This document shows positions 50,527 through 61,448 of a stretch of DNA of 64,000 nt, one piece after another. Within the stretch, counting starts at the first letter, position 1; each line of letters starts with the position of its first letter. The position numbers and the translations under genes are program-made. The DNA comes from an uncultured Alphaproteobacteria bacterium (GTDB taxonomy: Bacteria; Pseudomonadota; Alphaproteobacteria; Sphingomonadales; Sphingomonadaceae): positions 11,478 through 75,477 of the forward strand of contig CAWFGS010000006.1 in assembly GCA_963815535.1 (NCBI GenBank), in the 5' to 3' direction. The notes under the pieces were generated by a model, which saw only the letters and a list, made by a program, of their open reading frames with translations, was not told the DNA's origin and made no database searches.

Positions 50527-51610
50527 TCCGTCTCCGCTTCCGGTTCGGATTGCGCCGAATTTTGCGCAGGGGCGGGCGCGCGTTCCTTCTCCTTGCGGGC
50601 GGGAATGAACGCATCGACCTGCTGCCCGACACGGAACAGGCCGTCGGTCTGCGGCAGTTGATAGATCAGCTGCATCACGCGCACATCGACCCGCTCTGCC
50701 GCCGTATTGGTCAGCGACCGTTTGGGCACGACCAGCGGTTCGGCGCGGACATAGGCGGCTTTCACCTGACGCCCGGCTGCGCCGCGCGGGACTTACGGTG
50801 GCAGGTTCGCCCAAGCGCGACCCGGGCAATCTCGTTCTCGTCGATATCGATGCGGATATGCATCGGGCGGGTCTGGCCCATCTGGATGTAAGTCGCGCCG
50901 GTGCTGCCGGGGCCGGACGCCTGAACGAATTCGCCGGGACGGATATTCACAGCCAGAATTTCGCCCGCGATCGGCGCGCGCACGATCAGGCGGCCCAGTT
51001 CCGTTCGGGTGCTCGATGTGCTGGCCTGCGCGCTTCGCAACCGTGCCTGGGCGGCGGACAGCCGCGCTTCGGCAACCTGTCGCCGTTCGCGCGCGCCGTT
51101 CGCCTCGCCTTCCGCGCGGATGACTTCGGCGCGGCTGACGGCGGCGGAATCGGTCACGTTGCGATACAGCGCAAGCTGGCGTTCCGCGATCGTCTGCGCG
51201 TTGCGCGCTTCGGTTATGGCGGCGCGAGCCTCCGTTATGGCGGCGCGCGCTTCACCCACGCCGGCCTGCGTTTCGTTCAGTTGCGCGCGGGCGGACCGGT
51301 CGTCCACACTGAATAGCGGCTGCCCCTTTTCCACGTAGTCGCCCGGCTGGACGCGCAGATCGGTGACGAGGCCGGACAGGGCGGTGCCGATATCGATCGT
51401 TTCGCTGGATGGTTCCACCACGCCCGCGCCCGCGACCCGTGGTGCGTCCGCCAGTTCGCCGGTGGCGCGCGGCGGCTCGTTATCCGGCTCCTCGATCATG
51501 CGGTCGGGCTGGCCGTTCCAGATGAAGATCGCAGCAATGACCAGACCGATGATTGCGATGATCGGCAACAGCTTGCGGGAAAAGCTGAAATCGTCAGGGA
51601 GTAGCGACAT
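50523..51610 (-). CDS. HlyD-family periplasmic adaptor (membrane fusion protein); two frame changes at about 50765-50830
   Basis: ORF 50762..51610 (TM anchor, coiled coil, VRAPIAGEILAVNIRPGEFV) runs to ...ARVALG, then EPATVSP, then KAAYVRAEPLVVPKRSL... (ORF 50523..50765). Confidence 0.8.
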
Positions 51611-51646
51611 GGAGCATCCTCGAACATGGGGAGGGGGTGAAATGGG

Positions 51647-52396
51647 TCATTCGGCTTCGTCCGCACCGGCATCCGCCAGGTCGTCGTCGTTCGGCATTTC
51701 GGTGCCGTCATGGGTGATGCGTCCATCTTCCAGCACCAGAATGCGGTCCGCGAGATCGAAGATGCGGTTGTCGTGCGTGACGATGATGACGCTGCGATCT
51801 TCCGCCACGGCGACTTCGCGCAGCAGGTCCATCACGCGCCGCCCGGATTTCGCGTCGAGCGCGGCGGTCGGTTCGTCGCATACGATCAGACGCGGTTCGT
51901 GAACCAGCGCGCGGGCGATGGCGACGCGCTGCTGCTGGCCGCCCGACAGCTGGTTGGGCAATTTGTCCGCCTGATCGCCGATATTGAGCTTCTCCAGCAT
52001 ATCGACCGCCTTGGCGCGGGCTTCCTTGCGATCGACGCCTTGCGCGATCAGCGGCACGGCCGCGTTCGATGCCGCATCGATGCTGGGGATCAGATTGTAC
52101 TGCTGAAAAATGAAGCCGATATTGGCGAGGCGAAATTCGACCAGCTGCGTGTCCGACAGGTTGTAAATGTCCGTGCCGAACACTTCGACTTCCCCCTCGG
52201 TCGGCCACAGAATGCCGCACATGATGGAAATCATGGTGGTTTTGCCGGACCCGGATTCGCCGACCAGATAGGTCAGTTCGCCCGGCTTCACGTCCAGGTC
52301 GATGCCGTGCAACACGGTGATCGTCTGCTGCCCCGCCTGAAAATCGCGCGTCACGCCGCGCGTCGAAATCGCGACGGTCTGCGCGTTGTCCGCCAC
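51647..52396 (-). CDS. ABC transporter ATP-binding protein (MacB/DevA-like)
   Basis: GESGSGKTT, LSGGQQQRVAIARAL, LIVCDEPTAALD. Intact. Confidence 0.9.
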   Translation of the reverse strand: MADNAQTVAISTRGVTRDFQAGQQTITVLHGIDLDVKPGELTYLVGESGSGKTTMISIMCGILWPTEGEVEVFGTDIYNLSDTQLVEFRLANIGFIFQQYNLIPSIDAASNAAVPLIAQGVDRKEARAKAVDMLEKLNIGDQADKLPNQLSGGQQQRVAIARALVHEPRLIVCDEPTAALDAKSGRRVMDLLREVAVAEDRSVIIVTHDNRIFDLADRILVLEDGRITHDGTEMPNDDDLADAGADEAE

Positions 52397-52414
52397 ATCG
52401 GTGTCTCGCGCCGC

Positions 52415-53557
52415 TCACCGAAACACCGCCGCCGGTTCGGTTTTCAGCACGCTACGCAGGGCCAGCCAACCGGTCAGCGCCAGAATAATCAGCACCGCCG
52501 CCAGCGATATCAGCGGGATCTGCCAGGGGATGTAGAACCCCTTGAACGTCGGCACGCTGGAAAAGGCATAGATGAACAGCACCGTTCCGATCACGCCGAT
52601 GCCATACCCGATCAGGCCGACCAGCCCCGCCTGCGCCGCCACCATGCCGCGTATTTTCGCGTTGGTGACACCGATCGCTTTCAAGGCGCCGAATTGTTTG
52701 ATGTTGTCGCGGATGAACAGGCTGAACGTCAGTCCGACGATCGCAACCCCGACGATAAAGCCGAGCACCACGGTAATTCCGAAATTGAGAGGGATGCCGG
52801 TGTTCTCGATAATGAAATCGACGCCGTCGGTGGCGAAATCGTCGCGAGTGCGGGCGCGCAGGCCGGTCTGTTCGGCGATGCGGCTGGTCAATTCTTCCGG
52901 CGTCACGCCTGGCGCAGCTTTGGCGAGGACGAAGCTCAACCGGTTGCGCGTGCCGGGCACGTATCCCAACGCTTGCGAAAACTTGGTGTAAAGGGTGACC
53001 TGGCTGGTAAAGCTGGGAATGGAATCGGCGATGCCGCGGATGACCGCGCGCTGATCGTTCAGTTCCAGTCGCGCGCCGATCGGGCTTTCTTCGGGCGGGA
53101 ACAGCTTGCCCGCACCGACATCGTCGATAATTACGGAATCGGGCGCGGACAGGACGGACGTGTCCCCTTCGATCATGCGTTTGGGCAGGCCGATCAGGGT
53201 CGCATCGTCCACTCCGATAACCGACACGCCTTCCAGATCGCCTTCGCTGGTGCGGACCGACGCGGTCGCGCGCAGATGCGGCACGGCCCATTCCACCCCA
53301 TCGACCGACCGCACGGCATCCAGTGCGGTGGAGGGCATGGGAAAGTTCACGTCCGTCGTGCGCGACACCCCGTCCATCACCCACACATCGGCGGTCGGCA
53401 CGTTGTACACTCCGCTCGATCCGCGCTCCACCAGATTGACGAAGATCGTCAGCTGTTGCGTGATGAGGAGGGTGGAAAAACCGATCCCGAACAGCAGGCC
53501 ATAGAATTTCTGCTTGTCGCCGGTCAGCATTCGGATCGCGATCCAGATCATCGGCAA
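52415..53557 (-). CDS. ABC transporter permease, FtsX/DevC-like
   Basis: Intact 380 aa with an N-terminal TM, a large periplasmic loop and three C-terminal TMs. Confidence 0.85.
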   Translation of the reverse strand: MPMIWIAIRMLTGDKQKFYGLLFGIGFSTLLITQQLTIFVNLVERGSSGVYNVPTADVWVMDGVSRTTDVNFPMPSTALDAVRSVDGVEWAVPHLRATASVRTSEGDLEGVSVIGVDDATLIGLPKRMIEGDTSVLSAPDSVIIDDVGAGKLFPPEESPIGARLELNDQRAVIRGIADSIPSFTSQVTLYTKFSQALGYVPGTRNRLSFVLAKAAPGVTPEELTSRIAEQTGLRARTRDDFATDGVDFIIENTGIPLNFGITVVLGFIVGVAIVGLTFSLFIRDNIKQFGALKAIGVTNAKIRGMVAAQAGLVGLIGYGIGVIGTVLFIYAFSSVPTFKGFYIPWQIPLISLAAVLIILALTGWLALRSVLKTEPAAVFR

Positions 53558-53576
53558 GCTCGTTTCCAGGGCGGCT

Positions 53577-53593
53577 TGTGCAATGATCGCACA
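53577..53593. promoter_or_regulatory. Imperfect palindrome TGTGC-N7-GCACA in the divergent TetR/efflux intergenic region; candidate operator
   Basis: TGTGCAATGATCGCACA lies 20 nt upstream of the permease start and 80 nt upstream of the TetR start. Confidence 0.3.
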
Positions 53594-53673
53594 TCGGCCA
53601 TTGTTGAACGGAAGCGTTTAACTGAACGGGGCCGTATAGTTTGTCAACCGAACATTCATCACCTCCGGCGCAA

Positions 53674-54288
53674 ATGTCGGTGATGAAGAAAATGGGCCGC
53701 CCCGCCGATACCGAAAAACGCGCGGCGATCGTTGCGGCGGCGTCGCATTCCTTTTTCGAACACGGCTTTGCGGCAACTTCGATCGAAGGAATTGCAAGCG
53801 CGGCGGGCGTTTCCAAAGTCACGGTTTACAATCACTTCGGCGACAAGCGCGGCCTGTTCGTGGCGGCAGTGGAAAGCGAATGCGAAAAGATGCGCGCCAT
53901 GTTGCTGTTCGACGAAGGGCAGGGGCCGTTGCGCGACCGGTTGCAGAGGTTCGGGCGCGCTATGGTCGGTTTCGTCTTTCGCGACGAGATGGTGCGGTTC
54001 GAACAGCGCATCGCGGCGGAAACCGTAACGGAACCGGAACTCGGCAAGGCGTTCCTGGCATCGGGTCCGCACCGGATCAAGGCGGCGCTGGGCGATCTGT
54101 TGAAACGGGCGACTTCGCGTGGTGAAATCCAGGTGGAGGATACGGCGCAGGCGGCAGAATTGCTGGCCGCCATGTTCAAGGGGATGGCCGATCTGGAACG
54201 CCGCTTCGCCGGAACGGTCGATTGGCAAGCGGCCGATGCGCGAGTGGACGCCGCCGTCGATATGTTCCTGCGCGCCCACGAAACCTGA
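53674..54288 (+). CDS. TetR/AcrR family transcriptional regulator
   Basis: HTH region FFEHGFAATSIEGIASAAGVSKVTVYNHFGDK. Divergent from the efflux operon. Confidence 0.85.
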   Translation: MSVMKKMGRPADTEKRAAIVAAASHSFFEHGFAATSIEGIASAAGVSKVTVYNHFGDKRGLFVAAVESECEKMRAMLLFDEGQGPLRDRLQRFGRAMVGFVFRDEMVRFEQRIAAETVTEPELGKAFLASGPHRIKAALGDLLKRATSRGEIQVEDTAQAAELLAAMFKGMADLERRFAGTVDWQAADARVDAAVDMFLRAHET

Positions 54289-54411
54289 AATCGCGTTGGG
54301 GGTTGGGGTGAACAAAAGGTCAACGGCAGATCGCCACCGACCGATGTCGGCAACTTGTCATTCACCCTCGCACCCCTACATTGATCCCATACCGTAAGGA
54401 ATGATGAGTCG

Positions 54412-56376
54412 ATGAGCGATAGTAACGAACCCCAGGATCCCAATCCTACGCCCAACCCCTGGGCGAAAAGCCTGATGATCTGGGGCGGCGTCTTTGTGGC
54501 GCTGTTGCTGCTGGTAAGTATGTTCGGCGGCGACAACAATGCGCCGGGGACCGAAATCCGTTATTCCGACTTCCGCGAAAAAGTTGCCGAAGGGTCCGTG
54601 GAAGAAGTGCAGATCTCCCCCGATCGCATTTCCGGCACGTTCAAGAACGAGGCCGCGTTCAGCACGGTTCCCGTCGCCAGCGATACGCAATTGACCACGT
54701 TGCTGGAAGAAAACGGCGTCGCATATTCGGGCGAACCCGCGCAGCAGATGAATATCCTGTGGGTCATTCTGATCCAGGCTCTGCCCTTCATTCTGATCCT
54801 GGGCCTGGCGTTCTTCGCCTTGCGCCAGATGCAGAAGGGCGGCGGCGCAAGCGGGGCGATGGGCTTCGGCAAATCGAAAGCCAAGCTGTTGACCGAACGC
54901 CAGGGCAAAGTGACCTTCGCCGATGTCGCGGGCATCGACGAGGCGCGTGAGGAACTGGAAGAGATCGTCGAATTCCTGAAAGATCCGAACCGCTTTTCGA
55001 AACTGGGCGGTCAGATACCCAAGGGCGCGTTGCTTGTCGGCTCGCCGGGTACGGGTAAGACCTTGCTTGCGCGCGCGATTGCGGGCGAGGCGGGCGTTCC
55101 GTTCTTCACCATTTCAGGCTCCGATTTCGTTGAAATGTTCGTCGGCGTCGGCGCGAGCCGGGTGCGCGACATGTTCGAACAGGCGAAGAAGAATGCGCCA
55201 TGCATCGTTTTCATCGACGAGATCGACGCGGTCGGTCGCCATCGCGGCAACGGCGTCGGCAATTCGAACGACGAACGCGAACAGACCTTGAACCAGCTGC
55301 TGGTCGAAATGGACGGGTTCGAAGCGAACGAGGGCATCATCATCATCGCGGCGACCAACCGGCCCGACGTGTTGGACCCGGCGCTGCTGCGGCCTGGACG
55401 GTTCGACCGGCAAGTCGTCGTGCCCGTGCCCGACATCGATGGTCGCGAGAAAATCCTCGCCGTGCATATGAAGAAGGTTCCGCTTGCGCCCGACGTGAAC
55501 CCGCGCACCATTGCGCGCGGCACACCCGGCTTTTCCGGGGCGGATTTGGCCAATCTGTGCAACGAGGCCGCGCTGCTGGCCGCTCGCCGGAACAAGCGGC
55601 TGGTCGCGATGCAGGAATTCGAAGACGCCAAGGACAAGGTGATGATGGGCGCGGAACGCCGATCGATGGTCATGACCGACGACGAGAAGAAGATGACCGC
55701 CTATCACGAGGCGGGCCATGCGATCATCGCGGTGTACGAACCGGCATCCGACCCGATCCACAAGGCGACGATCATCCCACGCGGCCGCGCGCTGGGCATG
55801 GTGATGCGTCTGCCGGAACGGGACAATTATTCGTACCACCGCGACAAGATGCATGCGAACCTCGCGGTCAGCATGGGCGGGCGTGTGGCGGAAGAAATCA
55901 TCTTCGGCCATGACAAGGTGAGTTCCGGCGCTTCGTCCGACATTCAATACGCCACGGACCTTGCGCGCAGCATGGTTACGCAATGGGGCATGTCGGACAA
56001 GCTCGGCCCATTGCAGTATGAATCCAGCCAGGAAGGGTATCTGGGAATGGGGCAGACCAGCCGCACGATGGCCTCTGCCGACACCAACAAGCTGATCGAC
56101 AGCGAGATCCGTAGCCTGGTCGATGGAGCGCATGAACGCGCGACCAAAATCCTGAACGACAAGGAAAAGGAACTGCACCTTCTCGCCCAGTCGATGCTGG
56201 AATATGAAACGCTGACGGGCGACGAGATCAAGCAATTGCTCGAAGGTGGTGCGATCGATCGCCCGGATGAACCGAAAGGGCCGGTGCAAGTAAAGCCGGT
56301 GCACGGTTCCGCCATTCCCAAATCGGGCAAGAAGTTCGGTGGCGGCACGGACGGGGCGGCGCCTCAGGGGGCCTGA
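54412..56376 (+). CDS. ftsH: ATP-dependent zinc metalloprotease FtsH
   Basis: [28 protein letters not shown]. Intact 654 aa. Confidence 0.97.
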   Translation: MSDSNEPQDPNPTPNPWAKSLMIWGGVFVALLLLVSMFGGDNNAPGTEIRYSDFREKVAEGSVEEVQISPDRISGTFKNEAAFSTVPVASDTQLTTLLEENGVAYSGEPAQQMNILWVILIQALPFILILGLAFFALRQMQKGGGASGAMGFGKSKAKLLTERQGKVTFADVAGIDEAREELEEIVEFLKDPNRFSKLGGQIPKGALLVGSPGTGKTLLARAIAGEAGVPFFTISGSDFVEMFVGVGASRVRDMFEQAKKNAPCIVFIDEIDAVGRHRGNGVGNSNDEREQTLNQLLVEMDGFEANEGIIIIAATNRPDVLDPALLRPGRFDRQVVVPVPDIDGREKILAVHMKKVPLAPDVNPRTIARGTPGFSGADLANLCNEAALLAARRNKRLVAMQEFEDAKDKVMMGAERRSMVMTDDEKKMTAYHEAGHAIIAVYEPASDPIHKATIIPRGRALGMVMRLPERDNYSYHRDKMHANLAVSMGGRVAEEIIFGHDKVSSGASSDIQYATDLARSMVTQWGMSDKLGPLQYESSQEGYLGMGQTSRTMASADTNKLIDSEIRSLVDGAHERATKILNDKEKELHLLAQSMLEYETLTGDEIKQLLEGGAIDRPDEPKGPVQVKPVHGSAIPKSGKKFGGGTDGAAPQGA

Positions 56377-56410
56377 CCTACCACGACCTGCATGCGTTAT
56401 GAACAAAACG

Positions 56411-56457
56411 AAGGCTCCCGCTCCTTATAGGACGGGGGCCTTTTGTTTGTGGTTTTT
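56411..56457 (+). terminator. ftsH rho-independent terminator
   Basis: AAGGCTCCCGCTCC-TTAT-AGGACGGGGGCCTT followed by TTGTTTGTGGTTTTT. Confidence 0.7.
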
Positions 56458-56579
56458 GGCAAGTTTTGCGCGGGGCGTTCGCCAGGCAACAGGGTCGTGA
56501 ACAATCAGATCAAGCCGTCCCCATGCGGCGCACGACGTAGTGTAAGGCGCAACAGGCCGGGTCGGACTTACGCTTGTGG

Positions 56580-57665
56580 CTAGCTGGCGACCATCACGGT
56601 CAGGCCTATCGCAAACACGGTAATTACCACCCAGCAAAACGTGCCCAGGACCAATGTTCGCCATATCGCGCCGAAACGGTTCAGGCCGTATGTTCCGCGC
56701 AACTGGCGATACAGGTGGAACGGCGCATATAGCGGCAACAGTGCCGCCATGGCTATGATATCGAAATACCCGGCGATGCTGGCAATCAGTACCAGCAGCA
56801 ACATGAACGCGATGGAGTAGGTCACGAACACCGTGTGGTCGTACATTCGCAATCGCCGCGAAAACGGGAACATCAGCCACACGAACGGCACGCTGAGCGG
56901 TATCAGCAACCAAGCGAATTTGTAGGCGTTGGTCTGCGCCTTGTAGATCAGCAATTGCGGGTTCCTCTTTGCCTTCTCCCACGCATTGCGCACGGCATCC
57001 TCGTCGATCGGACCGGCGGTTTGCAGGTTCGGCATGTCGTCATCGCTGGCATTCTTTCTTGCGCCCGCAAGCTGCATCGCCACCCCGACCGCATCGCGCT
57101 GGGTTTCGATGTCCGCTACCCGCTCTTCCAGTTCGGTAGTCGGTGTTTCATCCGTGCGGGCCTCGATCAGATCGGATTGCACATCGGCCAGCTCCACCCC
57201 CAGCGCGGCATACGCCTCGCGCATTTCCTGCGCGGTATCGGGATCGGCTTCAAAACCGATATCCGCCCCACTGCCCAGCGCGCTGAATGCGGCATAGGTC
57301 AGAAACACCACGAACAGGAACAGCGCGATGGGGCTGATATATTTCGCACGCTTCCCATCAATGTACTCGCGCGTCAGCACGCCGGGCCGCCATGCGAGCG
57401 ATGGCAGGGTGCGCCACAATTTGCCCTCGAAATGCAGGACGCCGTGCATCAGATCGTGGAAAAACGCGCTCAGGGTGCGGTGGATATCGCCCCGCTGGCC
57501 GCATTGGTGGCAATGGCTGCCGACCAGATCGGCATCGCAATTCAGGCAATGTACGCCCTTCGCTTCGTGCGCGCTACGGGCACTTTCGCCATGATCGGGC
57601 TCCATCGCCCGCGCGGCGATACCTCCCGTCGCAGCATCCGCCACCGCTTCGCCAAAATCGCTCAT
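56580..57665 (-). CDS. DUF3667 domain membrane protein (N-terminal zinc-ribbon)
   Basis: HCLNCDADLVGSHCHQCGQ, then the conserved FFHDLMHGVLHFEGKLWRTL and several TM segments. Confidence 0.7.
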   Translation of the reverse strand: MSDFGEAVADAATGGIAARAMEPDHGESARSAHEAKGVHCLNCDADLVGSHCHQCGQRGDIHRTLSAFFHDLMHGVLHFEGKLWRTLPSLAWRPGVLTREYIDGKRAKYISPIALFLFVVFLTYAAFSALGSGADIGFEADPDTAQEMREAYAALGVELADVQSDLIEARTDETPTTELEERVADIETQRDAVGVAMQLAGARKNASDDDMPNLQTAGPIDEDAVRNAWEKAKRNPQLLIYKAQTNAYKFAWLLIPLSVPFVWLMFPFSRRLRMYDHTVFVTYSIAFMLLLVLIASIAGYFDIIAMAALLPLYAPFHLYRQLRGTYGLNRFGAIWRTLVLGTFCWVVITVFAIGLTVMVAS

Positions 57666-57774
57666 CCCGTCACCATGGGTTGGGATCATAGCGCGATGTG
57701 GGGCGCCGCGTCGATAGGCGGATCAAGCGGGAACAAGGTAGGAACATCCCCGTTTGTTGGGAAAGGAGATTTCT

Positions 57775-58011
57775 ATGACTGCCCCGACCCCAAGCGAACA
57801 TCCCAAGACCGAACCCGTTTCCAATGCGGTGAAAGACCCGGACAATTGGACCACCGGCGATGAAAAGATGACCGGCGCGCAAGCGAGCTATCTCAAGACG
57901 TTGTATGAGGAAGCGGGCGATGCGGACGGTTTCGATCCCGAAATGACCAAAGCCGACGCATCGAAGAAAATCGACGAATTGCAGAACGAAACGGGTCGCG
58001 GAACGGATTGA
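57775..58011 (+). CDS. DUF3072 domain protein
   Basis: The RBS GGAAAGGAG precedes ATG 57775. Motifs: WTTGDEKMTGAQASYLKTLYEEAG...MTKADASKKIDELQ. Confidence 0.7.
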   Translation: MTAPTPSEHPKTEPVSNAVKDPDNWTTGDEKMTGAQASYLKTLYEEAGDADGFDPEMTKADASKKIDELQNETGRGTD

Positions 58012-58041
58012 TCCGCCGCCCGGTTCGATAGGCTGAAAACG

Positions 58042-58076
58042 ACGATGGCCGCCCCTATGAAGGGGGCGGCCATCGT
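58042..58076. terminator. Bidirectional hairpin terminator between DUF3072 gene and rpoZ
   Basis: ACGATGGCCGCCCC-TATGAA-GGGGCGGCCATCGT, a perfect 14-bp stem. Confidence 0.7.
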
Positions 58077-58115
58077 TGTGTATGGTAATCAATTACAGCC
58101 GGGGACGGGCATCCG

Positions 58116-58460
58116 TCAGCCTTCGTAATCGGACCCGATCGAGGTGGAGCGGACAGGGGCCGATGCGGTGATCCGCAACGCTTCGGCGGATTGGCTCAGC
58201 GAACCGATTTCATCCGCTTCGTCTTCGTCGTCGGGCAGGATTTTCTGCAACCCGCTGATGACGCTTTCTTTCAATTCCTTGGGCTTGACGGTGCTTTCGG
58301 CGATTTCGCGCAAAGCGACGACCGGGTTCTTGTCGCGATCCTTGTCCACGGTCATTTCCGCGCCGCCCGAAATATCGCGCGCGCGTTGCGACGCCAGCAG
58401 CACCAGATCGAAACGGTTGGGGATCTTATCGACGCAATCTTCGACGGTAACGCGTGCCAT
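58116..58460 (-). CDS. rpoZ: DNA-directed RNA polymerase omega subunit
   Basis: [30 protein letters not shown]. Confidence 0.9.
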   Translation of the reverse strand: MARVTVEDCVDKIPNRFDLVLLASQRARDISGGAEMTVDKDRDKNPVVALREIAESTVKPKELKESVISGLQKILPDDEDEADEIGSLSQSAEALRITASAPVRSTSIGSDYEG

Positions 58461-58535
58461 GAGCACTCCGGTAATGATTTGAGGTAAGCCCGGACGGCTA
58501 CGCTGCGCCGCGGTATAAGTCAAGATTCGTGCGCG

Positions 58536-60074
58536 TCAGTCGCCGAACCCGTAATCGGCATAATCGGCCTTGGCGGGGGAAGAGAACTTCGTGATTTCCG
58601 ACTGGAAAATCAGCGGCACGTTGCCCGTCGAACCATGCCGTTGTTTCGCCACCATCAACGTCGCGCGGTTCCGCAGCTCCAGATAGCGTTCTTCCCAGAT
58701 CCGGTATTTCTCGACCGTATCGGCAGTGCTGTTTTCGTCCGGCTGATCGGGCCGCGATGCTTCATGGTAATAATCCGCGCGGAAAATGAACCACACCATA
58801 TCGGCGTCCTGTTCGATCGAGCCGGATTCGCGCAGATCGGACAGTTGCGGACGCTTGTCTTCGCGCTGTTCGACCGCGCGGCTCAGTTGCGACAGGGCGA
58901 TCACGGGCACGCCCAGCTCTTTCGCCAAAGTTTTCAACCCCCGGCTGATTTCCGAAATCTCGTTGACGCGGTTGTCGTTCGCGCGCCCGGACCCCTGCAG
59001 CAATTGCAAGTAATCGACCACCACCAGCCCGATGTCGTAACGCCGTTTCAGCCGCCGCGCGCGAGTGCGAAGGCCCGCAATGGTCAGCGCCGGCGTATCG
59101 TCGATATACAGGGGCAGGTCGTTCAGTTCCTGACTGGCGAAGGACAGTTTCTGAAACTCGTCCCGGTTGAGCTTGCCCGATCGCAATTGTTCGGATGGGA
59201 TTTCCGCCTGTTCGGCCAGAATGCGGCTGGCAAGCTGGTCCGCGCTCATTTCCAGGCTGAAAAACGCCACCGGCGCGCCCACGGATTCCTCGATCCCGTC
59301 CTGCTGATCGCGCAGATAGCGGGACGCCGCGTTGAAGGCGATATTGGTCGCCAGCGAGGTTTTGCCCATCCCCGGCCGCCCCGCCAGAATGATCAGATCG
59401 GAATTGTGCAGCCCGGCGGTCTTTTCATCGATCGTCGCCAGCCCGGACGTCTTGCCGGAGAAATTGCCGCCGGAATTGATCGCCGCTTCGACCAGCTTGA
59501 TCGCTTCCAACGATGCCGCGCGGAACGTGGTCGCCTCGTTGCCGCTGCTCGCCCCTTCCGCCACGCGGTAGAGATCCGCTTCGGCCTGTTCGATCTTTTC
59601 CATCGGTGCGACGCTGTCCGACGTGTCGAGCGCGCCTTCCACCAGATGCCGCCCGACGCTGACCAGTTCGCGCAACAGCGCCAGATCGTAGATTTGCTGC
59701 GCCAGTTCACGCGGGGCGAGCAGACCCTGCCCGTCGGCTGTCAGACGCGCGAGGTAGGTAATCCCGCCCAACTGCCCCAGCGCCTCGTCCGAATCGAAAT
59801 AGGGTTTGAGCGTGACCGGCGTGACCACCGCACTGCGATCCAGCAGCGTGACGATGCGTTCGTAAATACGCCGATGCACGGGTTCGAAGAAATGTTCCGC
59901 GCGAATCGGGGTCTGCAATTCCTCTATCACGCGGTTGTCGATCAACACCGCGCCCAAGAACGCCGCTTCCGCCTCGATATTGGCGGGCAGCACCTTGCCT
60001 GCGGCATCGCCATCGCTGCCGCTGGATGCGGCGCCATCATTGACGGGGCGTAGGAGGACTTCGGTATCGGCCAT
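58536..60074 (-). CDS. dnaB: Replicative DNA helicase DnaB
   Basis: Start MADTEV at 60074. Motifs LPANIEAEAAFLGAVL, GRPGMGKTS and VVVDYLQLL are present. Intact. Confidence 0.95.
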   Translation of the reverse strand: MADTEVLLRPVNDGAASSGSDGDAAGKVLPANIEAEAAFLGAVLIDNRVIEELQTPIRAEHFFEPVHRRIYERIVTLLDRSAVVTPVTLKPYFDSDEALGQLGGITYLARLTADGQGLLAPRELAQQIYDLALLRELVSVGRHLVEGALDTSDSVAPMEKIEQAEADLYRVAEGASSGNEATTFRAASLEAIKLVEAAINSGGNFSGKTSGLATIDEKTAGLHNSDLIILAGRPGMGKTSLATNIAFNAASRYLRDQQDGIEESVGAPVAFFSLEMSADQLASRILAEQAEIPSEQLRSGKLNRDEFQKLSFASQELNDLPLYIDDTPALTIAGLRTRARRLKRRYDIGLVVVDYLQLLQGSGRANDNRVNEISEISRGLKTLAKELGVPVIALSQLSRAVEQREDKRPQLSDLRESGSIEQDADMVWFIFRADYYHEASRPDQPDENSTADTVEKYRIWEERYLELRNRATLMVAKQRHGSTGNVPLIFQSEITKFSSPAKADYADYGFGD

Positions 60075-60213
60075 GGCCCGCTTGTCGCGGTTCCGCTGCG
60101 GCAGGGCAAGAGAACAAGCCTGTCGATAAATACGGGATAAAGGCGCGCCTGCAATCGGCCATCCGCGAAACGCTTGCCTATCGCGGGGTGCATCTGCGAA
60201 AGCGGTGCCGACC

Positions 60214-60732
60214 ATGGCCGATCCCACCCCTTCCACCGAACCTGCGCGCAAGGACAGTTGGCGGATCGGGCATATCGCCCTCGACGAAGAAACGATCCTG
60301 TGGCGCAACGCGGATATCGAACAGGAACGCAAGGTGGCGATGTTCGATCTGGTCGATGAAAACTATTTCAAGCCGCTGCGCGCCGTGGCCGCCGGGCATG
60401 ACGGCCCGTACCGGCTGAAACTGGGCGTGCGCGACGGGCGGCTGGCCATCGGGATCGACGACGATGCGGGCGTGGAACTGGAATCCCTGCTGTTGGGCCT
60501 TGCCAGGTTCCGCCGCCCGATCCGCGATTATTTCGCGATCTGCGAAAGCTATTATCAGGCCATTCGCAAGGCGACGGCGGCGGAAATCGAAACGATCGAT
60601 ATGGCCCGGCGGGGGGTCCACAACGGCGCGGCGGAATTGCTGATGGAACGGCTGGCGGGGAAGATCGACACCGATTTCGCAACCGCCCGGCGTCTGTTCA
60701 CGCTCATCTGCGTTCTGCATATCAAGGGCTGA
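60214..60732 (+). CDS. UPF0262 family protein
   Basis: IALDEETILWRNADIEQERKVAMFDLVDENYFKP...GPYRLKLGVRDGRLAIGI. A GTG at 60205 is an alternative start. Confidence 0.75.
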   Translation: MADPTPSTEPARKDSWRIGHIALDEETILWRNADIEQERKVAMFDLVDENYFKPLRAVAAGHDGPYRLKLGVRDGRLAIGIDDDAGVELESLLLGLARFRRPIRDYFAICESYYQAIRKATAAEIETIDMARRGVHNGAAELLMERLAGKIDTDFATARRLFTLICVLHIKG

Positions 60733-60737
60733 CGGCG

Positions 60738-61448
60738 GTGGCACGGCGCAAACCGCGGGGGCGGGCAAAAAGCTGGCTGGCGCGCATCGCGGCATTGGCC
60801 GTTCTGGTCGCGATGTTGGCGGGCGGCTGGTTCTGGTGGGAAGCGCAGCATTGGACGCCGTCCGAAGACGCCTATCCCGATCAGGGGCTGATCGTGGGCA
60901 CTGCCGACGGTGCGGTCAATTTCCGCACGGCGCGGGCGTTGGGCGCGCGGTTCGTCTATCTCGAGGCGAGTTCGGGCGACAGCGGGCACGACGCGGTTCT
61001 GGCGGGCAACATGGCGGCGGCCAGCGCGGCGGGATTGCAGATCGGCGCGGTTCACGTGTTCGACCCGTGCCTGCGCGCCGATCCGCAATCGGCCAATTTC
61101 GTGACGATGGTACCGCGCGACGACAGTCTGCTGCCCCCCGCAATCGAATTGACCAAACTGGCGACCGATTGCGCGGGCCGGGTCAGCGATGCCGCCGTCG
61201 AAAGCGAGCTGATGACCTTCATCAATCAGGTCGAAAGCCATTCGGGGAAAGCCGCCATCCTGAAAATCGCCGCCCCGTTCGAAGAAACCTATCGACTTGG
61301 CGCGCGGATGGAGCGGGGCCTGTGGCTGACCCGCACCCGGTTCGAACCGGACTATGTCGGGCGCCCGTGGCTGATGTGGACTGCCAACGAACATTTCAGC
61401 AGCGCGATTGCCGATGCGCCCCTGCGGTGGGTAGTGGTGCGGCCATGA
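60738..61448 (+). CDS. Glycoside hydrolase family 25-like lysozyme, N-terminal membrane anchor
   Basis: TM IAALAVLVAMLAGGWFWW, then a GH25-like pattern (GARFVYLEASSG...AGLQIGAVHVF). The assignment is moderate. Confidence 0.6.
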   Translation: MARRKPRGRAKSWLARIAALAVLVAMLAGGWFWWEAQHWTPSEDAYPDQGLIVGTADGAVNFRTARALGARFVYLEASSGDSGHDAVLAGNMAAASAAGLQIGAVHVFDPCLRADPQSANFVTMVPRDDSLLPPAIELTKLATDCAGRVSDAAVESELMTFINQVESHSGKAAILKIAAPFEETYRLGARMERGLWLTRTRFEPDYVGRPWLMWTANEHFSSAIADAPLRWVVVRP

